From NCBI GenBank assembly GCA_047495785.1, contig JBLDXI010000001.1, positions 1,550,001-1,614,000 of the forward strand: a stretch of 64,000 nucleotides of DNA, read 5' to 3'. The stretch is from Lepidodermella squamata (lineage: Eukaryota; Animalia; Gastrotricha). Below the pieces are notes generated by a model. It made no database searches and was not told the origin of the DNA. It saw only the letters and a program-made list of their open reading frames with translations. Each line of letters begins with the position of its first letter. Positions within the stretch are counted from its first letter, which is position 1. This document shows, in pieces, positions 49,108-60,136 of the stretch. The translations under genes and the position numbers were made by a program.

Positions 49108-51255
49108 ATGGTCGGGAAAATAATAGGAGTAATCCTGCTATACGTCATCTGTGCGATTGATGCTCAGGTATCATTTCCCACCAGTTCCGCCATAAAATGA
49201 CATGGATTCACATTTCAGGACAGAAAAAATTACTGCGAGCTACCTCAATCTTATGATGGGAAAATCTTTACTGTTTCCCGCACTGATTGGTCTGGCAACG
49301 TGCCATCTGGGAGTTACGCCTCGGTCGTTTGTGGGCCTGGCTTCTCGGTGGTGGATGGAGCTGTAACAAGCTACTGCATCAATGGAACATGGCAAGCCAC
49401 TTTAGGAGATTGCAAGAAACTGCAAGGTATATACGATGATGCTTATGAATGCCTATGAACTGACTTTTCGTTTCTAGGCTCAACTGCCGACTGTACTTCT
49501 TCTGTGACGATTCCCAACGGCAATTTGATGCCCACAAGCGAAGCTGGATCGTTTAGGATTCAATGCAACTCAGGTTACTCGTTATCTGGGCTCGGCTACG
49601 TCTACTGCTATGCCGATGGAACATCTTCTACCCCGGGAACCTGCTCATGGCTAACAAGTTTGTATTTTGTACCCAATTTTCTAGGCAAATCGTTTGATTT
49701 GAAACTTCAGCAACTGTACCGACCCCGACGATGACACAGCCAACTCCACAACCCCGAAATATGGTTTTTGATTGTTTCTCTCAACTGAAATGCCTTGTCA
49801 TTATCTATTTTGCAGTGTTATTCAAGTAAAATTGATAATGGAGTGATTTCAGCGAGTGGTGTTGCGACAACCACCAGCCAACGCTTCGGCCACGCTCCTG
49901 GGACTACGATTTCCCTAACTTGCAACCGAGGTTATGCTCTAGTTGGCGCATCCACCGCCGCCTGTAGATCGGACGGTTATTGGACGCAATCTCTCGGCAA
50001 TTGTCAACCCCTCCCGCCTAGTGAGAAAAATGGTCAGAAATAGCTTCGTGAATTATAGTCCCTTTTTCAATAGCCACAGCAGTCCCTACTACCAAAAATC
50101 TATTCCAATTCGGAGGCGGGCCCAACTTACCCCAAGCATCTATGCCGCCCGTCAACTACTGCTACGTCCCAGAGATGCCCTACGGCACCATCTTTGTGGC
50201 AAGCACAGGAGGGGCGAATCGCAACACTGCTCGGGCTAAACTGTTCCACCGTATCGCTCCAAATACAGCGGTAACCATATCCTGCGACGATGGCTATACT
50301 TTAGCCTATGGAAACGGTCAAAGCATCTGCAGGGATAACGGAGTTTTCTCAGTACCTCTAGGCGACTGCATACCTATTTCAAGTACTCATTTTTTGAAGA
50401 TTTTTCAGCGGTAATTGTTCTCTTGTTACAGCCACCCCTCGTACCCCTAGGACAGCTCCTCCAAATAGGGTAGCTATTGATATAGTTATGACTACAACCC
50501 CTCGGCGGACGACCGCATCGCAGCAAGATCTTGCCACATCTCTGATAGATGCAGTCAAGCGAAACAACGCTGCCGATGTCAACTCTTTGATCAACACGAA
50601 GAATGCGAATGTGGAGACAAAGGATAACCAGGGCAGCACTCCTCTTCATATTGCGGCAGCCAATGGTTACATGGCTATTCTTCGATTGCTCCTCGACAAG
50701 GGCGCGAGCCTTGAAAGCCTGGATGGAGCAGGCGCTACACCTTTAATCGTCGCTGTCACAAATGGGCAGCAGGAGGCTACTAGGTATCTTAGTTAATAGT
50801 TTTGAATTACTTTTAAGGTGGAATTTTTAAGGCTGCTTCTAGAGAGAGGCGCTAATGCTAACGCTGCGAACTCAGCTGGTCTATCGCCGCTTGTGATTGC
50901 GGCAGCCAAGGGTTATGCTGGAATTGTAGCGCTTCTCGTCAACTTCAAAGCCGATATAACAGCCCGCGACAACCAGCAGGCGATTGCGCTTACCTTAGCC
51001 GCTAAAAATGGCTACACAGACGTTGTCACCGCGCTGATTTTGGCGAAGTCTGATGTGAACGTGCAAGACAGCTCGGGTACTACGCCGTTGATGTGGGCGG
51101 CGAAGAATGGCTATGCTGACATCGTTTCGCTACTTCTGAATGCTCGCGCTGACAGAAATCTCAAGGATAACAATGGCTACACAGCTGAGAATTTGGCGCG
51201 CAATAATGGCATGAACGATATAGCGGATATGCTTCAAGCAAGTTCCAGAAAATAG
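49108..51255 (+). CDS. Signal peptide + 4 sushi/CCP + about 7 ankyrin repeats (paralogue B)
   Basis: Signal exon MVGKIIGVILLYVICAIDAQ; CCP modules starting CELPQ, CTSSV, CYSSK, CYVPE; ankyrin repeats GSTPLHIAA...GTTPLMWAA...GYTAENLA. No transmembrane segment. Some internal splice sites are uncertain. Confidence 0.75.
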
Positions 51256-52371
51256 CGCGAAAAATCGCCAACACGAAAAACTTTGTAAGGAGATTTTAGG
51301 AATGCATGTATGATATAGAAAAATGCAATAAATTATACAAGGCTTAAAAAAATGAAAAATATCATATCTACGTTATAGATTTCAGTTGCCAAGTCGAAAA
51401 GTTATAGGAGAAAATTAGGAATCGATGAATGAGCTGTACTGTATCTGATTCAAGCCTAATTGATTTCAGCGTTTGTGTGGGAGCATGCAGCAGAAGTAGT
51501 CGATATCGTGATGACTTGTCAAGTTCAATTAAACAGAAACATGGTACCTATTTCTCCGTCCATGTTTCAATTTTGATATTATTAAAAAACCGATGCAATT
51601 GAACAGAATAATTTCTAGGCAATACTGAATAAGGCTATGTTGAATAAATAGAACGGCCAAGTTCTATAATACTAGGTGCACTTATCGATCGCTTGGTGAC
51701 GAACATTAATGACTAGAAGGTACGTAGGCCCTAAAACTTCTGAAACAAACGAAAAATTGTCGGACATGAAAATTTCATTTTGTGACTTTCTTTATTGCTC
51801 TGTGCCGTTTTGCGTGACCCCAATTTATCACAAGCTAATAATTCCCGCAACGATATTCAACGTGAATAAAAAATTTCCAATATAATAATTTTTTGCTAAT
51901 TTTGTGTAATGAAGAGCCCCAATTAAAATTAAGGCAACCCACGCCCAGAAAATAATGAGTGTCAATTACTAGGTTAACAAAAAAACCGGACCATAATAAA
52001 ATCCAGAAATCGCAAAAATTATTACTATAATAAATAATGAAGTGTTGCTAAAAATAGCTCTAATCGGCGATGTAGATGTCCTATGAAAAGGTAATCCGAG
52101 CACGCACCTGGGTAGCCCAAGTCTGGTGGTTGTTTTTGGGTTTTCAAACAGCTGATTGTAAAAAATAATAACAATATAATAAAACCGCACGTGCTGTATT
52201 CTAAGCAGCCTAGGCATGAGACTGGTTGGGGCACACTTTTCGCCAGCCAAGTGGCGCACGTTCCGAAGATAATTTTCACTCTGCTAATTTTAAGCCTCGT
52301 TTGAAGAGCTTTATTCTCGTCCACGCAACACCGATCTCCATTACCTACCTGTGCCTAGCCACAACTTTGTG

Positions 52372-53151
52372 ATGAATGGAATCTGCCAATGTCGCAACTA
52401 TTTACTATCACCTCCAAGCATAGCTAATTTAGCAATTTATTCAACTGGTAAGAAAATTACCCCCAAGTTATCAGGAGACCTTGGTGACTCATCTTTCTCG
52501 ATGATTTTTTCTAGCTTTGATCATTTTATTTTATGCGACGTCAACTTCCGCTGATCCTCTGGCTAAACAACGGAGAACAGGCCAGTTACAATATTGCCAT
52601 AACCTAGGGCTTCGCTGTTGTTTCAGCTCAGAAAGAGTAATTTTTTTATTTTTTTACTAATTCCGGCCATGAAATTTTTTCTAGAAAACTGGATTCACAA
52701 TTTTTTTCAAATTTCTGCTGAATTCCTTGAGAAAATAATGCTGCAGTTTCAGGGTCGATTTTAGAAAATTCTAAAAAATCCACCTTAATTTTATTGTAAA
52801 TGTTTGAGCCAATCGAATATGTTTGAGCGGGTGAAGGTATCGAAAATAATAATTTTCAAACATATTTCCACCCTGTAGAACGATTAGGTCCTGACACAAA
52901 TCAGTGATCTTTGATAATTTTTCATTTTTTTCATTTTTTAGAAGAAGTGTTGCGGACGAGAATATAGCTGCGGAGAATGCATGCGGCGGGGATACTGCTC
53001 AGCCGCGGCTGTTTTTATTGGCCTGGCGAAAGCGCAACGGTTAGACGACGATGTCGAATTGGAACAAGAAAAACACCTCGAGTTGGCCGAATCGAAGAAG
53101 CTTTTCCATCAACCGGACACAATTCATAAACGATTCGTTTTCGTGAACTAG
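52372..53151 (+). CDS. Small secreted cysteine-rich (knottin/ICK-like) prepropeptide, 135 aa, 3 exons
   Basis: Exons 52372-52447, 52515-52636, 52942-53151 splice in frame. They encode a signal (LAIYSTALIILFYATSTSA), then DPLAKQRR, then TGQLQYCHNLGLRCCFSSERKKCCGREYSCGECMRRGYC, then an acidic tail. Confidence 0.7.
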
Positions 53152-53732
53152 CGAAATTTCTTAGCTATTATATAGAAAAAATATCAATTTCATATTATAC
53201 TATCATCGACAACGGTGCCATTTTCTAAAAAAGTTCAGAAAACCGACAAATTGACTAACATATCTGCTTGTGATCTTTCGGTTCGATTCAAACTATAGAT
53301 TCTCCTCGAGTTATACAACTATTATTATCGCCGTCATTTCAGCTTAACTTTCAAAGAAACTTTCGCATCTCATCCTTGTTTCAATCGACAGGAATCTCAA
53401 AAACATTATCATGCTTTAAATCAAAATTGAAATGAAGGTGATTAGATTTTTTAAATAATGTCGTCTGAATTGAGTCGAGCCTTCGATTTGACAAACGAGA
53501 CATTAATAACGAAAAATAAAACATCAACTGCCGCATTTTCTCGCTTTTTTCAATACGGTTTAACCATTAATAATCGCGTTTAATTACATCGGAGTGCGGG
53601 TTACACGCGCACGCCCCGTGCCTGCTGAATTTTATTACTTTGACCCATATTTTCCGGCATTTATCACTCTCATGTGGGTCATCTTAAAAGCTTGTGGTAA
53701 ACACGATTTTCATGTAGATTTTGCTGACGGAA

Positions 53733-55113
53733 ATGATGAGCATCACAGAAGAACAGATGAAAGTGGCTACTGATTACGGCGCGTGGTTGCTGAAATACTA
53801 CGATTTCCCACCGGCCGGTCAGGAGTTTGCACGTGATCTATTCGCTCGATCGCATGCTCAGAACATATCGTTCAAGTCGCTGGAAGAGGCAGCCTCTGAC
53901 CCGCAGCTGGAAACGATTTTGCGACCGGTTTTGGCGAGACTTCGCGCGGCTAGGGCTGAAAAAACCGCTGCGCCCCCGCACACGCCATCGCCTGAGAAGC
54001 CGTCGTCTTCGAAGCAGCAAATGCTGGTGGTGACGAAGCCAGCCGGCGCGTCGACCCCTAGCCCGATCGCGGCGACGCGTCAAACAATTCATGAGCAGCA
54101 ACCAGCACCGCCGATGGCTGTTGCGAAGCGGCTATCGCCACTTTCTGTTCCACTTTCTAAAGGCGCGAAAAGACAAATGGTAGCTAGCGACGCGAGACCG
54201 GCTGATCTGTCTATTCCGAAACCAGCCAAGAAATCGGTCCGATTCGACTTGCCCGATAGCCTGCCGCCGCCGCCGAAGCAGGCTAACGCCAGTCCTGTCC
54301 CGCCGCCCGCTCAACCAGTCCAGAAGAACGAACGCATATTGGGCCCGTTGAAGATCAATGCCAATGTCGCAGCCTACCTCAATAGCGTAAGTTGAAATGG
54401 TGAAATGGTGAAGTTGAAATTATTGAATGATAGGTCCTGGGCAAGGAAACATAGGAAATTAGATTTAAATGTTAAACTTTAAGATGTTTCAATAAAAATT
54501 TAAATTTTGAAATAATTTTGAAATTAATTTTTGAAGTTAAGGGAATTTTTCAGGCGTTTGAAATGCATCCAATGGCTACGGTAGAACAACTGCAGGTGTT
54601 CGCCGATTACCTGGGCACCCATGTCAGCGAGGTGGCCCATTGGTTCGAACAGAAGCGGGACCAGATGATATCAGCAGCTCCAGTGCCAGTATCTAAACCG
54701 ACCAAGTCGAAGGCCGATAGCAAAGTTGCTGCTGGTCCAACGAAACCTGCTAGCCCTCGCAATCAATCAGGGAGCAAAGCCGATCTGAAAGAGGGCGATC
54801 TTGAGATTCTTGAAAAGGTATTTAATTACCAATTTTATTCAAATTTTCATAAGCTGATTTCTTTGATTTTAGGAATTTGCTGATTGCCAGGATCCACCTG
54901 AGAAGGAATTGAAACGAATTGCCAAGCTAATAGGTTCCTCGCTGCCGATGGTGAGCAATTGCGGAAATTTAAAATTTTGATTTACTTTTTTTGCGATATC
55001 AGGTTAGGGTTTGGTTTGCTAATCGCATGCAACTGGCTCGATTCAACGCGATGAAACCGGCAGCTGCGAAGGCCCCGCAGGGCGAAAAAGCAACGCGTAA
55101 ACGAGGCGGCTGA
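53733..55113 (+). CDS. Divergent double-homeodomain protein 1
   Basis: Exons 53733-54386, 54554-54817, 54873-54950, 55003-55113. HD1 is YLNS|AFEMHPM...VAHWFEQKR and HD2 is ILEK|EFADCQDP...M|VRVWFANRM. Confidence 0.72.
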
Positions 55114-55289
55114 TTCTGAGATACAATTCAATTTGAAAACGAACTCTAATTTTCTAGCTGATTTCTATCAATTTTGATTATTTTTCTACGAATTCTGGCA
55201 TAGTCTGAACACATCATGATTCATTTGTTATTTTTCTACCAGTTTTTCCGTTAATAAATCTCATTCAATTTTAGTCTTTTTTCTTGAAA

Positions 55290-56826
55290 ATGGAAGATCA
55301 GAACCGGTTGTACGCCCAGTTCTTACTGTACTACGACTGGCTGCCTCGAGAATTAAAAGACATAGCTTTGCTGAATTTCACTTCGAAATACGTCTCAAAT
55401 TCTTCCGCGAAATGGAGGGAGATAAAAGCAGTTGAAAACCAGCCGATTCAATCGAAAGCCGGTCATTACCCACGCCCTTATGTTTTCAAAGGTGATATCG
55501 GCTCAACTGCCAAAAAAGTTGGCGAATCTAAACGAAAAAGATCGGCTAAAAGACCTCGTAGTTCTGCGACTGGAGGAGCGAAGAAGAAAAAGAGGCCTCG
55601 CGTGGTATCTCAATCGATCAAAAATCAGTCTACGGCACCGGAAATTCATCCCGCAAAGGCTGGGAACAGTCTCGTTGCCGAACAGCTTGTGAAGAAATTG
55701 GAACAAGTGGGTAAGGCCAGCAACGTCGAAAAGCTGGAAAAAGCTGTAGTCGAAGTGAAACAAGTTGAAGCTAAAACCGTTAGCAGAAAATCTCCGCGGG
55801 CTAAATCCGAGCAGACCAATTTAATTGAGAAGGCTGGGAAAAAGAATGAAGTTGTCGATAGCCAGCGAAGATCTTCGAGGCAGTTGGCGAGGAAGACCAG
55901 CAAAGCGAAAGAGGTTGCCCCGAAAACGGATCCACGGCTTGAATCTCCTCAACCTGTCGTGAAGGAACCATCGTTGGGTTCAGAAATCGATCGGTCTAAA
56001 AAGCCGAAGCTCAGCACTTCGATTGAATTCGGAAAGGATGGCTTGAATCTTGATGGGAAGCTAAGTAATGCCGCCGAATTGCCTGCCGAAGCCGTTAAAT
56101 ACTTCATTCAGGTAAGGCTAAGGATTTGTTGCAGCATTTATCATTGAAAAATTGGCGATAGAAATTTCAAGATTCTCGAAACTTTGTTGAGATCTCGAAT
56201 ATTTAACAATTTTTATTTGCAATCAGAACTTTCGAAAGAACCCGTTTCCACATCAAAAGCGAATTTCAAGCTTGGCAAGTCGATACAAGCTACAACTGGG
56301 ACAAGTTTGAGCATTATCGACATCATATTTTCCCCTTGGAAATTTTTCATTTTTCCCCATTAAGGTGGCTAATTGGTTCTATTATCATCGCAAAGCCCTG
56401 AATATCACCAGCGAAACTTCGGTGGATGAAATTCGTCGTCGAACTGCCGAAGCTCACCCTGAGAGTGACTGCTCTCTATCTCCGGAAAATTCCGTCTCGT
56501 TAAATACCCTTCCTAACGCTAATGCAGTGGACAAGCCACTGGTTCTAGCCCCGGTTAAGGCTGATGTGAGTTATAAGCTGAACAGCCGAGCCGTGTTTAA
56601 CGGCTATGAAAAACGCACTTTAGACGACGAATATCGCAACATTGCCGGGCGTATTCCGACGCAGAGTGACTACAAAGCTCTCGCCGCAAATCTGTCTACG
56701 ACTGAACGCCGGGTTAGTTATCAAGCAATCTGATGATTTTCCCGAATCCGGTCAATGTTATGATTCCAGATTGCATACTGGTTTACGTTGCGAAGATGGC
56801 GCGAATTCGCTCCCGAAGTGAACTGA
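55290..56826 (+). CDS. Divergent double-homeodomain protein 2
   Basis: Exons about 55290-56111, 56227-56304, 56365-56712, 56770-56826. HD1 is FIQ|NFRKNPFP...Q|VANWFYYHR and HD2 is RAVFNGYEKRTLDDEY...R|IAYWFTLRR. Lys-rich linker with NLS-like KKKKRPR. Confidence 0.72.
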
Positions 56827-57606
56827 TCGAACAAGCGCAAACTATTTTTTCGATGATTTTATTTTTATTATAAATTTAATAAACCACGATATATTGAAGC
56901 ATGAATCGGAAGGTCTCTTGGAACACATCTGCAAGGCTTTGGCAATTTTTACCGTATGTACGGTGTATCATGGTAAAAAACAGCGTTTTGCGTCAGAGAT
57001 GCGAAAATAAGATGCTATAAATTAGCCAATGATTATTGAGTTGATGTGCGCAGGTGGATCTGTTACATAAGGCTGTATAGTCAGCGACACTATGTATATG
57101 GCTCTCTGTCCTAGTGCCAGCTATGTGCGAAAAGGCGTGGTTGTAATATACAAAAACGCAAAATAATGCGGGTTAGTCATACGAGAACGTTTCACACTAT
57201 ATAGAGGCGCGTCCTCCAACGGGGCAATTTTTTTGTACCGATGTATAATGAGAACTAGTCATGATACCAGCTTAATGATAGCTCTATTGAGATAGCCCTA
57301 TATCCGAGTTTTTCAAACACCTTTGCAGTCAGAGAGGGACGAGTAAGGGACACAAAAATTAAGTTATTATTCAATTTTTCTCATCTTTACGTGCTTAATA
57401 CACTGATGACGCTTCATATTATTGTATTGGTCGTAGGTGTATTTTTTGGAGCGCACCTACAAGCAGCTGAAAAAACTAAAAAACGATCGGCACTAGACTT
57501 ATTCCTTGAAATTATTTGCACTGCCCATCATTTTATTATCTTCATTCAAATTTACGGAAAATTTCTTGTCATCTTTGTAGTTTTTAGGCGATTGTTTTTA
57601 GAAATA

Positions 57607-58292
57607 ATGCGAGCTGCGTTTGTTGGTGGAATTTTTCTGGCCTTGGCCTGCGCCAATCAAGTTTCGGCGCTTCAATGCTACGCCTGCAAATCAGGCTCTG
57701 GCAATGCCCTGGCGACGTGCAAGCAAAGCGACGCCATTAAAGTCACCTGCGAGAGTAGCGAAAATCAATGCGCGGTAAAAAAAATCGAATTTTCGAAATT
57801 TTAATTTCCAACTTTGAATTCCCAGGCTTCTAAAAGCCCGACAAAAGCAGCCGTGAAAAACTATTTCGATCAGGCGATTGCCAAGGCGACTCCCGTCGCT
57901 GAAAAGTTAAAAAACACGACTTGCCTCGATGTTTTGAAGCTGTCAAGCGATAATGTTCAAGCCCTTCTTCCGGACAACGTCACAGGCAACTCGTACGGCT
58001 GTGCGAATAAGGAAATTTGCGAGGGCTTCAAATTATCGGCGATCTTGGCCCCGGTTTGCCCCGCCGATCAATACGGCGAAGTTCACACGATCATGAACAA
58101 CCTTGAAAAAAGCGTAAATTTAATTTCGATTTTTCCGATTTTTGCACTTCGAAAATAATTTTTTAGGCTGCCGTGATCTGCTGCGGAACCGATTTGTGCA
58201 ACAAGTACAACTCGGCTGCTGGAACCAGCATCCAGCTTCCTTTCTTTGTATCGGCCCTCGTTCTGGCATTCCTGTTCATCAAGTCAAACTAA
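57607..58292 (+). CDS. Ly6/three-finger-like protein 4, probably GPI-anchored
   Basis: Signal peptide, LQCYAC...CCGTDLCN, then NSAAG and hydrophobic LPFFVSALVLAFLF. Three exons. Confidence 0.82.
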
Positions 58293-58488
58293 TCAAAACT
58301 ACATCAGATCTTCCATCAATCGCTGTTATATGCATTAAAATTTGCAGTTATTTAATTTAGTCATTTTTCGTGTTGTGTTTTGTGCGCTTACTGCTCATAT
58401 TTTATTCCAGATAGTTAATCACGCTTTCGCTATAAAAATATATAAAAATATTTGATTTTTTTATTGTTAGTAGGTTTCTTAATGTAAG

Positions 58489-59239
58489 ATGACGGTATCG
58501 TCTTCCGGCCTGGCACTGTTGATAGCTATTTTGCTGTCAAGAAAATCATGGGCGTTACAATGCTGGACATGTCCCATCGACTCATCAAATTGCCAGCCAT
58601 CGATAGTTGTGTTAACAACGTGCGAATCTAAGATGGATAGATGCATCGTAAAATCTCTAAAATTTTATGATAAATATATTAATTTAATTAAATTTTAGGT
58701 TAAGCAACCCCCATTAACCACCAAGGTGACTATGATAAAAAATTCGGCTGTGTCAGAGGCTGCGAAAATCGATGGTGAAAAGGGGTTGTGTTCCCTTACG
58801 ATAACTGCTGCCCTCAATAAACTGCCCACTGTCCCACTCGATAATCGCTACATTTACAGCTGTGCCGCCCAATCGAATTGCGAAGTACTCAATATCGTTC
58901 AAGGTCTAACCTCTAATCAAAATACAAACTGCCCGTTGCCGAAGTATGAGAGCGCGATTAACTACCTCAAAGAGCTGGAAACTAAGGTGGGTAGTAACAA
59001 TTTGTTTTCAAATTTAATGGCTAATATTCCAATTTATTTAGGTCTATAGCTGTTGTTCAACGAACGGTTGCAACACTCACGCCGTTTCGCTATCGATAAT
59101 AAACGCCTACGTCAATGGTTCAAATGCGTCTAAAACGAAGAACTCGGCGTCTCGTGAAAATGGCCGAAATTACTGGTTGTGTCTCCATTTATTCGTTATT
59201 TTAGTTCCGATAATTTCACTGCCTTCACTCAATGCATAA
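58489..59239 (+). CDS. Ly6/three-finger-like protein 5, probably GPI-anchored
   Basis: Signal peptide, LQCWTC...CCSTNGCN, hydrophobic tail WLCLHLFVILVPII. Three exons. Confidence 0.8.
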
Positions 59240-59442
59240 AATTGGTGCAAATGATAATAATATTCTCGTGTGTACTCAGCCTATCACTCATTTGTTTGAA
59301 ATTTTTGAGTGCTACTAAAAAAACTCTACTAAAAAAATGTGATGACGGAAATGTTTTGGTGAAAATAAAATGGAGTTGGAAATTCTTAATTATTCCGTTT
59401 CACTTAAATTTAAAATCACAATAAGGTATTTCACCTGACAAT

Positions 59443-59651
59443 GGGATTAACGAATTCCGGATAAATTTGGCGAACTGGGTAAAATACCGAACAATTACCG
59501 AACAATTTACCATCTGGATTTTCCTGGTTTTCTCCGGTAATGTTTTATATTTTTTTGTTAAATCGGGGATAAATGATCAAAGATTCTTCTATTAGTTTCA
59601 ATTAAAAAATATTAATTTCCTAAAAAGGTTGCGAAATGTATGGGACACGCG
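59443..59651. mobile_element. Degenerate partial copy of the 38370-38748 MITE family
   Basis: gggattaa...gggtaaaataccgaa.aattaccgaac...ggttttct aligns by eye to 38512-38620. It ends in the TIR-like ttgcgaaatgtatgggacacgc. Confidence 0.6.
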
Positions 59652-59889
59652 CTGCTGTATTGCCTTAAAGATTGCCGCCAAGTCATTATAACGCGAAGAT
59701 TCCAGGTGCGCGCAAGCTGTTGGGGACATTCATTATTGGGCAATATCGTCAGTGTGAGGCGCTAAAGTAGTCTACATGGCTACTAGCTGGCGACATGGAA
59801 AATTCCCAGACTATGAATTGGAAGGTCCCAACATCGATCTTCCCCCTTTCCACAGTTCGCACTGCGCTTCGTTTTACTCAATCCTTAAA

Positions 59890-60136
59890 ATGCTTCGGCT
59901 GATTGCAGCTATAACGTTATTCTTGTCTCTCAAGTGCAGTAACCATGTTTTGGCTCTGACATGCCGCGATTGCTACCAGCAAACGGACGATGAAACGGGA
60001 TATCTCTGCAAATTTCATGAAACCATCGAAATGAATTGCTTTAGTTCGGAAAATCAATGCACGGTAGTTTGCTACCATTTTACAGTGTGTCCGTCAAATA
60101 ATATGAGGCTATTTATAGTCCAAAAGCAACAGCAAG
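59890..60136 (+). pseudogene. Ly6/three-finger-like gene 6, truncated or interrupted just after the start of exon 2
   Basis: Exon 59890-60063 encodes a signal plus LTCRDC..C..C..CT, followed by the family intron at 60064-60118. Exon 2 begins SKSNSK and then loses similarity; no CC..CN exon occurs later in the window. Confidence 0.55.

Noticed and set aside
52560-52632. Pre-miRNA-like hairpin
   Set aside because: It is imperfect and better explained as coding exon 2 of the cysteine-rich peptide gene.
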